Shown: positions 53,841 through 64,000 of the stretch, piece by piece
Position numbering within the stretch: the stretch's first letter is position 1
Layout of the letters: every line of letters begins with the position of its first letter
From: Epithemia pelagica
Lineage: Eukaryota > Protista > Bacillariophyta
NCBI GenBank assembly: GCA_946965045.2
Contig: OX337228.1
Span: 4,030,001-4,094,000, forward strand
DNA: 64,000 bases
Direction: 5' to 3'
Notes under the pieces: generated by a model
Seen by the model: only the letters and a program-made list of their open reading frames with translations
What the model was told of the DNA's origin: nothing
Databases searched by the model: none
Made by a program: the position numbers and the translations under genes

Positions 53841-56333
53841 ATGAGTGGCAGTGCGTCGTCGTCGTCAGGTGGCGCCATGCATTCTTCGGGATCAAGTTTG
53901 GCGGCCACTGGCACGGCCAAATCCTTTCGTTCCGAAGTGACGGCGATTTGGGAAATGAATGCCAAACAAGTGGAACAATGGATCCGATTATCCTTGCAGG
54001 CCTTGACACCACTGTCTCTGTGTCAATTTTCTTCCGCCACTTCCACGGCACAACAGCGACAACAATACGAATATTTTCACATGGCGCTGTGGAAAAATGT
54101 CAGTCAAGCTCTGGAAGCCATGAAAATGGTCCCCATTCCTGCCAAAGACAACTCCACCAATGAGGCAAAGGATGAGCAAGACGATCACGATGAGGACGAC
54201 CCAGAACCTCGCGCCAAACGCGCCAAGCACAACAGTCCACCCAAAACAAAGGCTCGCAAAGCACCCATTCCGATTCGATACAATCGACACGATCCCTTTT
54301 TTGTTTGGTTGCATGTGCCCATCCCACTACCAGACGATGACACGGATAATACAGAATTGGGAGAAGATGATGATGTCTTTCCGGATACCGTGGGCGGTCG
54401 TCTGGCGCAAGTAAGTGTGGCTGGCTTTGTGAATGCCTTTGCCTTAATCCCCAATGGCTATGTCAAGGCCAAGAATATGACGGAACCAAAAGATGAAACC
54501 AGTCGATCCAAACCACTCTTGCAATTCAAAATGCCTGCTGGAGGCAAGGAAATTTCCCTGACTGCCTTGCAAGTCTACCGCTTGGCCGTCACCTGGCACG
54601 GTGTCATTCAAGCCAAGGTACGGGCCGATATCTTGGTCACCACACCCCTCCGCATTCAAGACATGTTGGCAGCCGATTTGACGGCCCAAGAATTTGCTAG
54701 TATTCGTAAACGTATTTACGATACCGTCATTTTGGGTAAGGGTATGCACGTGAACGATGGCTCTGACGAGGTGGACGAAACCTTGGCCACAGCGCAAACG
54801 GCTGGCCCCGTATTGGAAATGGACAAGTTTAAGAAGTGTCCCACGTGTGGCAACAATGATCAATCAGCTTTTGTGTTGGACCGCAAAAATGGCGATGTGA
54901 TTTGCAGTCAATGCGGAACTGTCGTGTCGGAGTCACTCATGCACGAAGGATCACAATATCGAAAATTTGAAGGCGAAGTCGATCGAAATCATCATGGCGA
55001 TGCCGCCAATCCACTCTTGTCCAATTCTCATAACATGTCCACAACCTTGTCCGGTGTCGCACCCAATACGGGTGCCGGCATTGGAGGATGGCGGAGCAAC
55101 AGCAATACCAGTGGTGGCGGCCGAAACTTGGAAACCATTTTACGCAATGCTCATGATTACATTGAACTAAATGTTAGTCAATTGGGCAAAACTGATCGAC
55201 GGACTCGTATCGGATACAAGGATCGACAAAAGAAGGATGCCTTTGTTCAAATGTCCAATGTTGGCGATGCCTTAAGTTTGCACGAAGCGGTCGTTCAACG
55301 AGCCAAGGAACTGTTTGCCGGATTTCGTGACGATCGAGAACTTGTCCAGCAATTCAAGGGTGTCATTGCTGCCTGTCTTTGCGAAGCCTTTGAACAATTG
55401 TCCTCAGCTGGACAAAATATCATGAAGGGGGACAATCACCCTTCCTCCAATAACAGTAGCAGCGGTAACAACAACAAGACCAAGGACGCATCTGCCTCGT
55501 CCTCAGCTGGATATTCCGCGCGTGCCGCACGACGAAATGAATTGCACCATGCCAAACTCGCCGGCAAGGGTGGCCTCTTGCTGGACTTCTCCAATCTCTC
55601 ATCGACTTCCAACAACAGCAACAACAAGACGAGTACACCTGGTGCCGCCTCAGGCATGTCCACGGACGGAGGAAAATCCGAATCACCATCGGCTGCCGCG
55701 GCAGGTCCCACCACATTGGACGAAGCCCCCGCAGCCACATGGGATTTGGAACAATGTCGATCCTGGTTGTTGGAAGCATCGCGCCGAATTGCCCAACAAT
55801 GGGTCGAGGAACGAAGTAAGGGATCCAAACGAATTCCGCAAGGGACCTTGGAAGAATTGGAAGGACAATTGGTGGAACATTCCTTTACGCTTTGCGAACA
55901 ACTTGAAGAGGAAATGCAGGCAAGGGCATCTCGACAAAGACCAAGCGCCTCTCAACCATTGAACAACCACACCCGTGGAAGAGTGACGACACCCCGCATT
56001 GCCGAAATGGGCAAATTGGGCATCAAATGGCAACATTCTCATGAACGCGGATCGGGGGGCAAGGGGGGTGTCGGAGGATCGGGAACTCTTACGCCCCTCT
56101 CCACCGATGGACGAACAGCGGGACAAGCACTCATTCTGAAAACAGCGAAGAAACTGGGGGCCATGCTCAAGGACCCTGTAGCCGGTGACGCTATTCACAA
56201 GGAGTTGCGACTGGTTGTCTCCAAGCAAGAGGCAAGGAAACTTAAAGACAGAAGGCAAGAAGCTTCGCGACAACGATTGCAGCAAATGAAGCGGAAACCC
56301 TACCTCCTTGCTCGTGTACAGGCAGAAAACTAA
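53841..56333 (+). CDS. TFIIB-related protein (Zn ribbon + reader/linker + one cyclin-like repeat) with long extensions
   Basis: CPTCGNND...DRKNGDVICSQCGTVV, EGSQYRKF, ANPLLSN..MST, and FVQMSNVGDALSLHEAVVQRAKELF...VIAACL. Confidence 0.75.
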   Translation: MSGSASSSSGGAMHSSGSSLAATGTAKSFRSEVTAIWEMNAKQVEQWIRLSLQALTPLSLCQFSSATSTAQQRQQYEYFHMALWKNVSQALEAMKMVPIPAKDNSTNEAKDEQDDHDEDDPEPRAKRAKHNSPPKTKARKAPIPIRYNRHDPFFVWLHVPIPLPDDDTDNTELGEDDDVFPDTVGGRLAQVSVAGFVNAFALIPNGYVKAKNMTEPKDETSRSKPLLQFKMPAGGKEISLTALQVYRLAVTWHGVIQAKVRADILVTTPLRIQDMLAADLTAQEFASIRKRIYDTVILGKGMHVNDGSDEVDETLATAQTAGPVLEMDKFKKCPTCGNNDQSAFVLDRKNGDVICSQCGTVVSESLMHEGSQYRKFEGEVDRNHHGDAANPLLSNSHNMSTTLSGVAPNTGAGIGGWRSNSNTSGGGRNLETILRNAHDYIELNVSQLGKTDRRTRIGYKDRQKKDAFVQMSNVGDALSLHEAVVQRAKELFAGFRDDRELVQQFKGVIAACLCEAFEQLSSAGQNIMKGDNHPSSNNSSSGNNNKTKDASASSSAGYSARAARRNELHHAKLAGKGGLLLDFSNLSSTSNNSNNKTSTPGAASGMSTDGGKSESPSAAAAGPTTLDEAPAATWDLEQCRSWLLEASRRIAQQWVEERSKGSKRIPQGTLEELEGQLVEHSFTLCEQLEEEMQARASRQRPSASQPLNNHTRGRVTTPRIAEMGKLGIKWQHSHERGSGGKGGVGGSGTLTPLSTDGRTAGQALILKTAKKLGAMLKDPVAGDAIHKELRLVVSKQEARKLKDRRQEASRQRLQQMKRKPYLLARVQAEN

Positions 56334-56418
56334 CAGTATGAGATAGTGAATCGAATAATGGTTCTCCTATATATAGACATACATAAACACACTATACGAT
56401 GATGGCGGCGTACAGTTG

Positions 56419-59400
56419 CTAACATTCATCTGTCCTTCCCTCGAGCTCAGCCATGAGTTCTTCACAAACTTGTTTCATTTCTTCATGTTCAGTCACTAGC
56501 GTGTCGTAATTTCGTTGAATTTCGTTTTTCTCTGAGATAGCAGCATTCAGCGCCTTCTTGGCAGATTTTGTATTGGATTCTGCCTCTTTGCATTGCTTTT
56601 CGAAATCTTCGGCTGCCTTCAACAAGCCTTCCATCTCTCTTCGGTAATCCTTTGCTTTCTGGGCTGTTTGCGCTTCAATTTTGGCATTTTCTGCCTTCAG
56701 TTCGGCTAGTTCAGCTTTCATTGACGATTCTTTCTCTTCTCGATCACGTGACATTTCTTCCAGTTTCGATTTCTCTTCTTTCAATTCTCGAGACAACCGC
56801 TCAACCTTCTTCTTCGATGCATCATATTGCTTCTTGAGTTTCACATAGAGTTCGTTTGCTTGACGGAACTGGCCCTCGGCTCTCTCGATCATTTCTTCCC
56901 TGGCAGATTCGCACGCCTTTTCACGAAGTTGGTCGGCTTCGGATACAAAATTCTCATGTGCTGTTCTTAGTGAGTCTAACTCCTTCTTTAACGATTCAAT
57001 CGTGCTTTTGTCTTGCTTCAGCTCTTCTTGCAAGGGTGTCAAATCACTCGAAGACGATTCAACCGACTTCACACGATCCAAAGCTTCCGACAATTGATTG
57101 CTGAGAGCAGTGATAATTTCGTCTTTTTGTTCGGCCACCTTTTCCTTACTTTTCACCTTTTCATGGTGCTCAGCCTCCACAAGATCAAGCTGCGAGATTA
57201 GATCTTCGAGTTCCTTGGTATGGCTTGCAGCGACGTCCTTGATTTGCTGCTCAAATTGTTTCTTTTGCTCTTCGGAAGTTGTTTCCAAGGTAGAAATCGT
57301 TTCCATCAATTCCTTCTCCCGCACTCGTAGTCTTTCCATCTCTTGTGATGGAACCCCAGCAACAGTACTTGTTCCCCCGACATAAGATGACTCCATCTCC
57401 TCTATTGTGACCTCATGGTCACGTTTGAGCTTATCAACTTTCACCTCGTGCTCGCGTTGCAAGTCGTCGACACGACGATCAGCCTCTTTCCGCGCGGCAT
57501 CAAGCTTCGCAGCGGATTCTCGTTTCAGTTTTTCGACGTGAATGGAGTGCTGTTCACGGAATTCCTCAAGTTTATCCACTCGTTCCATCTGCTCCGTTTG
57601 TAACTGATTCTCCATGTTTCGTATTTGTTCCAAGAGATCTTCTTTTTCTTTTTTGAACAATTCGTATGCTCCCGATGGACCCCCTCCCGCTTCGATCGCA
57701 TCTTGCAAAAATTTGATTTCCATCTTGACTTTCATCTGAACTTCGGCCAACTCCTCAATATGGGCAGCTTCTGTCGCCTTACTCTCTTTATCCATTGTCG
57801 CAATTTTCGTTGTCAACAACTCGTACGCAGACTTGCTGGCCTCCAGCTCATCCTCAAGTTTTTGGATCTTTTGCAATAGTTCGTCCTTATTGTCAGATCC
57901 GTTTTCCAATAAAGACATGGATTGCTTCTTTCCGTTGTCGGGATTGGCTTCTGCTTTCTCCCCGTTCTCTGTCGTGAACTGCTCTTTTTCCGCGTTGCTG
58001 TTTTGTTTGAGTTCATCGAGTGCCTGCTCATGGTCTTCTTGGAGTTTTTGCTCTTTAAGTTCAAGAGTTTCAATACGTTGAAGCAATTCTTCCTTTTTCT
58101 GGACTTCATGGAGGCCACTTGCATGGTCTTCGGCCATGTCCGCTTCCAGTTTTTCAATTTTGGCTAAGAGCTCTGTTCTTTCCCACGTATCAGCATCTTC
58201 CAAGTTTTCCTTGAGTTCGCGTTCCCTCACCGTATATTGGTCTTGTCGCTGCTCCATCTCGGTTCTGATCCTTGCAATCTCTTCTTCATTAATGCTTCGA
58301 AATTGCTGTAGGGCTTCTTTATGTTCTCTACTGACAACCATCGCTTGCTCCTCCAGCTTTGTCATCTTTCGGAGCAACTTGTCGTGTTGATCCTTCATAT
58401 CCTGGTCCGCCCTCTCTTGCAAACGTTCCTTTTCCTCTTCCATTTGCTCAATCTTTTTCAAAAGTTTGTCTTTCTCACTCTCCTCTGTTGTATCATCTTG
58501 GCTTGCGTCACCTTCTAAGCTGGTGTCTTTGTTAGGAGTGGTCTGTTCGATTGCTTCTTGCCCAGAAGTCTTAACTTCTTCCAATTTTGGTTCATGCTCT
58601 GTCTTTAAAGTATTCACCTGTTCCTCAAGCTCTTCGATTTTTTGACGAAGCACCGCCTTTTCACGCTCATGCACTTCTGCATCGTTTTCAGGCTTGGGTC
58701 CACGACGAGGAATACCAGACGGTGTGGGCTTTTTCAGTCTAGAAGGTGACGGTGTTCTCAAAGGAGAGTTTGCAGATGCATTAGCAGACTGGGATTTCGC
58801 CAGTCTTCTCTCAGTCTCGAATTCCATTTTTTGAGACTTGAAAGTCTTTTTAGATGCCTCAAGTTGAGTTGTTTGCTCTCGCACTTTGGCGATTTTCGAG
58901 TCCATGGTTTTCTTCTCTTCCTCCATTTTTGTCTTCTCTGCCTGTAATTCAGCTTTCGATTGTTCAAGTTCCCCTTTACGACTGTCCACCTCCTTGGAAG
59001 TCGCCTCTAGTTCTTCAATGGTTGTCTTAAGTTCGTTCTCGCGTGTATCGATGGCTGATTCTCGTTCTGCGGCAGTTTTTTCTCGTTTTTCCAAATCTGC
59101 CTCCCTCTGCTCCATTGCGGTCTTTCTTTCCGTCTGGTTGGCCCTCTCCTTATTCAAATCCGCTTCGAGTTTGGCGACCTTTTGTTCCAGCTCCTCAGAC
59201 TTACTCTTGTCCACTTCCATTTGCTTCATTTCATCTATTTCGTTTTGTTTGATGGTCAGGTCTGTTGTGAGACGGTCAATAGCTGCCTGGGCTTCCTGTG
59301 CTTTGGATTCTACAAGTTCAATCTTCTTTTCATACTCTGCCTTCGAGAAATCCAAATCTTTTTTCAGAGCCACCGATTCTGCAGCCGCATCCTGTGACCA

Positions 59401-62226
59401 GTCATCTTTGGCTGCTTCCTCGGATTCCTGTGCCCGGATCGTCTGGTTTGCTGTTTCAAGATCTTTCTTAGTCTTTTCTAGCTCGGATCGTAATTTTTCG
59501 ATTTCTATGCTTGGTTCCGTTTCTTCTTCCCGAAGCAATTGATCATTGTCGATGCGATTAAAATGACGACTCGCAAAGCTGGGAGAGGGTGGCTCTTTGC
59601 CTTCTTGACGCATTTGAGATTCTAGGCGTTCGAGTTCTTCTTGCTGCAATTTAATTTTTCGGTTGGCCAGGGACAACTGATCCTTATTCTCCAATAATTT
59701 TCTTTCATATGACCGTTTGACTTGCTTCAGTTCGATTTCATGCTCTTCTTTCAACCGTAAGCCGTTCTCTTGTAGCACACGCTCAGCGTCGGCTTTCGAT
59801 TGCGTTAGCGCCTCTTGCAATCGTTCCTGATATTCTGAGTCTGTTTGAGGGGGTACTGCTAACGCCTTCACCTTCACTTGCTTTTCCAGTTGCTTTCGTG
59901 CTTCGGCGAGTTCAGCTCGATTTTTAGCACATTCGGCCTCGCTCCGCTGGAGTTCTTCAGACAGCTGCTTCACTTTGGTTGATTCCTGTTTCTTGTCTTC
60001 GCCCGCTACAGCATCTCTCTTGTCTGCTGGGCGCGCATTAGTGGTCGGGGCTTTTGGTTGTGGCCATTCTTTTGATTTTCGCGCAAACGGCTCTGATCGC
60101 ACTTTCCCAATCATACGTTGTTGCTCAATGCTACTATTGCTACCAATGGGCGTATCCGTAACGACACGTTTGGGAAGAAAATCGGTGTCAGTTTCGTCGT
60201 AGATGGACGAAAAGGAAGGCGACTTGGAGCTCTTCCCCGACGGCTCATCAGAGGGAGCAGAAACAAGAGAAGGATCCGAGGAGAGAGCCGGTTCCACCGA
60301 TTGTTCTTCCTCCGGTTTCGCTGACTGTTTTTGACCCGCCGGTATTTGCCTGTCGTTTGACAGCTCTTCGGTATTTTCCGGTTCTGGGTCTCTCTTCTCC
60401 GGCGAGGGTTCCAACATCACTTCGGTGTCAGCGTTCGGCAGCGTCATGGAGGATTCTGATTGCTCCACGAGAACCAGTGTTCGTCGCGCCGATCGGTCAA
60501 AGGAGGAGTTTCCCATGGGAGAAGGTCCACTTCGTCCGCCACTTGTCATTTTTTCCCAATAGTCAAAAGTGGACGGAAACATGTTCTTACCTGGGGTTTG
60601 ATGACCTCCCACGGGAGTCGGCATCTCCGAGTAATCAATGGTGGAGGGGTAACCCGATTTGATTCCTGCTGGTGTCGGAATATAACCACCAGAACTTGCC
60701 ATTACGCCTGATTTGTTCTTTGTAGGAGTCGTGCCTTTGCCCTTCAAATTTGTGGAGGGCGTTCCAGGATTGGAAACGCGTCGGCCAGCTTCCAATGCCT
60801 TCTGCTTGAGCGCGATTGCTGCTGGATTATCCGGTTTCCATCGATGTCGGACGTTGTTACTGCCATGATCCATCCTTTCGTCCCCTTTGTCATCGGGGAC
60901 GGTAGTTCCAGTGATTGGGTCATAGTTTTGGTGAGAGATGCTGGTGGTGGTAGCAGCTTCCGGCGAGGCTGGGGCACACGAGTCGGACCCTAAGTTGGCA
61001 CATCCATCGATAGGACGAACTGCCGCCAGTGCCCCTGCAACAGCGGTTTGAATGGATTGTCGAACATCCGATTCGGCCGTCAAGCGCAGAGCATCCTTTG
61101 TCAAGTCAATGGCATCGGAAAAGGTCATACAGGTTGATCCTGTGTTCCAGTTTCTGTCATCTTGCCCTGTGGCCTTGTTCAACGACGCAATAGCCTGTGC
61201 GGCAAACGACGTTGTCTTGGTATGCTTGACACGGGCTTGTGGGTCCGATTCGGACGGAGTCGATTTGGCGCGAAGTTCTTGAACGTCATCATCGCCATCC
61301 TCAACGCCAGAGTCAACCAAAGGAATGTCACCAGGATTCTGATTGTCCATCGATGCAAGGCCAGGTGTGCTCACATTGTTATTATGCTTCATGCCTTCGG
61401 TGTTTTCCGTGTTACAAAACATTTTCTGAAGAAGATTGTTGCTGCGCTTCTTCTTCAACGAGGAGAATTGATGGGCCTTTCTTGTAAGATACGTTGTTTT
61501 GCTGGCAGAGGCACCACTGGAAGGAACAATATCCTCGTGGCCTGGAGTAGAAACGTGCATTGGCTCTGCATGTTTGTAGCTGTCGGATGAGAGACTTTCG
61601 GGAGGCATGTTCTCAATCACTACACGAGAAGCAGGGGGCTGTGATTGCTTTCTGCTACTTCCTGAACTGGGCATAATGACTACTTGATCCGTTTCCATTG
61701 TCGGCTTGGATTGTCGATCTCGTTGTTGATTTGCCATCATGCGACTGTTCTTCAAAGTGGAAGAAAGCTCTAATAGCGATTCCGGCAAATCGTCCGATCT
61801 GCTTTGAACTCCTCCATCCGATGATCCAAGGTTCCGATTCCCTCCCTCTTCGGAATCTACTTCTACAAGCAAATGAGAAATCTTTTTGGAAAGTGGTGCA
61901 GGAGGAGGAGGATGCGGAAGCGAAACAGAGGGATGTGTCTCCTCGTTTTCTTTGGACAGGGAGGAATCTTGTTCTTCCAGTAGATTCGCGATTCTTGATG
62001 CTGCTCCTCGTGGCGTTGCATCGTCTTGATGATCGTAGCGAAAGCTGCCTCCTTTTACGGCTGCCAGTTCTCCGGCGCCACCTGTTACAACCATAGACCG
62101 TGGAGTCGGCTTGTTATTGTGGGCGGCCGTGGAATTCACAATCGTGGGAGGATCATCGCGTGTCACAATGCCGACGTTCTGCGCTCGGCCTTCCGGTGGG
62201 TCAAACGATGCCGACTTCCGAACCAT
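56419..62226 (-). CDS. 1935-aa protein: disordered N-terminal half, long acidic coiled coil, TACC-like C-terminal tip
   Basis: E/K/Q-rich heptads over about 1100 aa; terminal EHEEMKQVCEELMAEL resembles the TACC domain end. Confidence 0.6.
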   Translation of the reverse strand: MVRKSASFDPPEGRAQNVGIVTRDDPPTIVNSTAAHNNKPTPRSMVVTGGAGELAAVKGGSFRYDHQDDATPRGAASRIANLLEEQDSSLSKENEETHPSVSLPHPPPPAPLSKKISHLLVEVDSEEGGNRNLGSSDGGVQSRSDDLPESLLELSSTLKNSRMMANQQRDRQSKPTMETDQVVIMPSSGSSRKQSQPPASRVVIENMPPESLSSDSYKHAEPMHVSTPGHEDIVPSSGASASKTTYLTRKAHQFSSLKKKRSNNLLQKMFCNTENTEGMKHNNNVSTPGLASMDNQNPGDIPLVDSGVEDGDDDVQELRAKSTPSESDPQARVKHTKTTSFAAQAIASLNKATGQDDRNWNTGSTCMTFSDAIDLTKDALRLTAESDVRQSIQTAVAGALAAVRPIDGCANLGSDSCAPASPEAATTTSISHQNYDPITGTTVPDDKGDERMDHGSNNVRHRWKPDNPAAIALKQKALEAGRRVSNPGTPSTNLKGKGTTPTKNKSGVMASSGGYIPTPAGIKSGYPSTIDYSEMPTPVGGHQTPGKNMFPSTFDYWEKMTSGGRSGPSPMGNSSFDRSARRTLVLVEQSESSMTLPNADTEVMLEPSPEKRDPEPENTEELSNDRQIPAGQKQSAKPEEEQSVEPALSSDPSLVSAPSDEPSGKSSKSPSFSSIYDETDTDFLPKRVVTDTPIGSNSSIEQQRMIGKVRSEPFARKSKEWPQPKAPTTNARPADKRDAVAGEDKKQESTKVKQLSEELQRSEAECAKNRAELAEARKQLEKQVKVKALAVPPQTDSEYQERLQEALTQSKADAERVLQENGLRLKEEHEIELKQVKRSYERKLLENKDQLSLANRKIKLQQEELERLESQMRQEGKEPPSPSFASRHFNRIDNDQLLREEETEPSIEIEKLRSELEKTKKDLETANQTIRAQESEEAAKDDWSQDAAAESVALKKDLDFSKAEYEKKIELVESKAQEAQAAIDRLTTDLTIKQNEIDEMKQMEVDKSKSEELEQKVAKLEADLNKERANQTERKTAMEQREADLEKREKTAAERESAIDTRENELKTTIEELEATSKEVDSRKGELEQSKAELQAEKTKMEEEKKTMDSKIAKVREQTTQLEASKKTFKSQKMEFETERRLAKSQSANASANSPLRTPSPSRLKKPTPSGIPRRGPKPENDAEVHEREKAVLRQKIEELEEQVNTLKTEHEPKLEEVKTSGQEAIEQTTPNKDTSLEGDASQDDTTEESEKDKLLKKIEQMEEEKERLQERADQDMKDQHDKLLRKMTKLEEQAMVVSREHKEALQQFRSINEEEIARIRTEMEQRQDQYTVRERELKENLEDADTWERTELLAKIEKLEADMAEDHASGLHEVQKKEELLQRIETLELKEQKLQEDHEQALDELKQNSNAEKEQFTTENGEKAEANPDNGKKQSMSLLENGSDNKDELLQKIQKLEDELEASKSAYELLTTKIATMDKESKATEAAHIEELAEVQMKVKMEIKFLQDAIEAGGGPSGAYELFKKEKEDLLEQIRNMENQLQTEQMERVDKLEEFREQHSIHVEKLKRESAAKLDAARKEADRRVDDLQREHEVKVDKLKRDHEVTIEEMESSYVGGTSTVAGVPSQEMERLRVREKELMETISTLETTSEEQKKQFEQQIKDVAASHTKELEDLISQLDLVEAEHHEKVKSKEKVAEQKDEIITALSNQLSEALDRVKSVESSSSDLTPLQEELKQDKSTIESLKKELDSLRTAHENFVSEADQLREKACESAREEMIERAEGQFRQANELYVKLKKQYDASKKKVERLSRELKEEKSKLEEMSRDREEKESSMKAELAELKAENAKIEAQTAQKAKDYRREMEGLLKAAEDFEKQCKEAESNTKSAKKALNAAISEKNEIQRNYDTLVTEHEEMKQVCEELMAELEGRTDEC

Positions 62227-62821
62227 GGTATTTTAAACTGTAACGTGTGTATCGGCTTGTTGTTGCTGTGTGATCCTACCCTTGTCAGTGGGCTGCACAA
62301 AGTGCATCAACACCAGACCTTGCTCAATTGGAGCTACGCACTATACAGCGTGGATCTCTTCCTTCTTCGTTCGCTACTCGCTACATGGATCTTCTCTACT
62401 GGATCGTCGACTTTTGTTGGGTACGAAAAAAGGTGGCTCAGTCGGCGTGCACGGGAGCGCTGACATATCATTCAAATCAATATCTGCGTAACATATATAT
62501 TTATAATGTCGCGCGCCTCTTCCATTTAAAGAGCGCTACGCACCCATATTTTAGTAGTCCGTCCGTACTTCGTTCCGTAAACTACCAGTCATTCGGTGGT
62601 GGTGGCAAAAGGTACCCTCGCCCTCGATCTTTTTGCCGTTTCGCGTTGAGTCGTCGAAAACAAGATCGACATTGAGACGACAACCAAACGAAGGACGACC
62701 ATATCCCTCCAAAGATAAGAGAGTGGAAAGATCAGACTGAGAGAGAGAGAAAAAAGGTGGAAGATCATATTCAGTTTTATCCTTGTGTCGAAAAGCTGTT
62801 GAAAGGTGCAGGGTTTGCGTC

Positions 62822-64000
62822 ATGTCCTTTTCGACGTCGGGCAGTGTGTTACCGCAACGTGATCAAACCACCAAAGACGCTGCAATCTCAAGATGGGGTC
62901 CCAAAACTGACGAACCACCAAGAGAACAGGCAATAAGAATGGAGAGGTCTCCCAATACCAGCGACTTTGAGGATCTGGAACCTCTGGATGTCGAAGCCAA
63001 GGCTTCCCTTTTGGGTGCGACAACCAATGCAACCACGGCCGAACAATCTACCAAACCTCACGACGAAGATCCATTCCGAGAAAACAACATGCCTCCCACT
63101 CCACTGGATCTCTCCAACACTAACAATGCAGACCAGCCTTCGCGAAAGCGAAAGAATCCGTCACCACGGACGCCTCCGTCCAGTTCGACCGTCAAGAACG
63201 ACATTCCCACCACATGCGCGGTGGTACCTGGCAAGGCGATTCCAATAGAAAAATATTTGGCAGATTTTCGCCTACTAGAAGAGGTAGAATGGGGACCCCG
63301 CCGCGACGAAGATGGCTATGATTCCGATCAACCCTTGGCGCCTCGGCCCAAAACACGCCATACGGAGGAAATATGCAACTGTCATACACCACCGGCTGGT
63401 CAAAAATGGACCTGCCGTAGTGATGATTGTATCAACTACGCATGTCGTGAAGAATGTAGAAGAATTAACTGCATCGAGAAGTGTGGCAATCAACGATTAT
63501 CCCGACGAGAATTCAAACAGGTCGAGGTTTTTGATGCTGGACCAAAGGGATATGGACTCCGTGTTTTGGAGGATTGTGTCAGGGGTGATATAATCCAAGA
63601 GTACACTGGTCAGGCCGTTCGGGAAAGCTCCCTCGCGAAGCTCTTTCGTTCCTATCAGCAAGAGCGTCGGCTCTATATCATGGCACTCGATGACAAGGTC
63701 TTTCTCGATGCTAGAAAGGCTGGGGGCTTGGCCCGCTTTATCAACCACTCGTGCAATCCCAATTGTAAAGTCGAAAAGTGGAGGGTCAAAGGCATTTACC
63801 GGGCAGCTGTCGAAGCACTGCGTGACATCAAGGCAGGGACAGAGCTCACCTTTGACTACCAATGGAGCCGAAAGATTGGGCGTGCTCCGACCAAATGTTA
63901 TTGCGGCGAACCCAACTGTCGAGGCACCCTCGAAATTAGCCGGTCGGTCGAAGAAGTGCAATTAGAACGGCTTCTTTCGGGAAACTGGATCGCACCAAAA
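62822..64000 (+). CDS. AWS-SET-postSET histone lysine methyltransferase (SET2/ASH1-like); 3' end beyond the window
   Basis: Manually translated frame open from ATG 62822: CNCH...C...DCINYACREEC...CGNQR, KGYGLR, QEYTGQ, RFINHSCNPNC, ELTFDYQW, KCYCGEPNCRG. Confidence 0.92.
   Translation, partial: MSFSTSGSVLPQRDQTTKDAAISRWGPKTDEPPREQAIRMERSPNTSDFEDLEPLDVEAKASLLGATTNATTAEQSTKPHDEDPFRENNMPPTPLDLSNTNNADQPSRKRKNPSPRTPPSSSTVKNDIPTTCAVVPGKAIPIEKYLADFRLLEEVEWGPRRDEDGYDSDQPLAPRPKTRHTEEICNCHTPPAGQKWTCRSDDCINYACREECRRINCIEKCGNQRLSRREFKQVEVFDAGPKGYGLRVLEDCVRGDIIQEYTGQAVRESSLAKLFRSYQQERRLYIMALDDKVFLDARKAGGLARFINHSCNPNCKVEKWRVKGIYRAAVEALRDIKAGTELTFDYQWSRKIGRAPTKCYCGEPNCRGTLEISRSVEEVQLERLLSGNWIAPK

Noticed and set aside
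1-64000. tRNA, rRNA or other ncRNA genes
   Set aside because: No cloverleaf or rRNA-like sequence recognised by eye; a tRNAscan/Infernal run was not possible.

Overview
Eukaryotic nuclear DNA, most likely a diatom (inferred from a CoDi-type Copia element, a DUF6824-type gene, and compact, mostly intron-poor genes). Positions 2089-17014 hold a young Ty1/Copia LTR retrotransposon with 269-bp LTRs differing at 1 base, an AGGAC target-site duplication and an uninterrupted gag-pol ORF. It lacks a tRNA-type PBS. Instead, the 14 nt right after the 5' LTR are the exact reverse complement of 14 nt inside the LTR, just behind an initiator-like motif, which is the layout of a Tf1-style self-priming element. 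Nested antisense inside it, just upstream of the PPT, is a 9.4-kb Ngaro/DIRS-like tyrosine-recombinase retrotransposon. Its split direct repeats are expanded to A1-ORFs-B1-(A-linker-B)x4, and its ORFs carry four in-frame stops but no frameshifts. The composite sits 110 bp upstream of a 13-intron ABCA transporter gene. The rest is housekeeping genes (ORC2, ERCC1, HRD1-like, DUF2470 protein, TOM1-like, AP-4 epsilon, double DUF6824 protein, exportin-4-like, V-ATPase F, MIPEP, LTV1, an atypical TFIIB-like protein, a long coiled-coil protein, a SET-domain protein) plus one decayed Mutator/ISL3-like DDE transposase at about 31.7-35.1 kb. All family assignments come from motif recognition by eye; no database searches were run.
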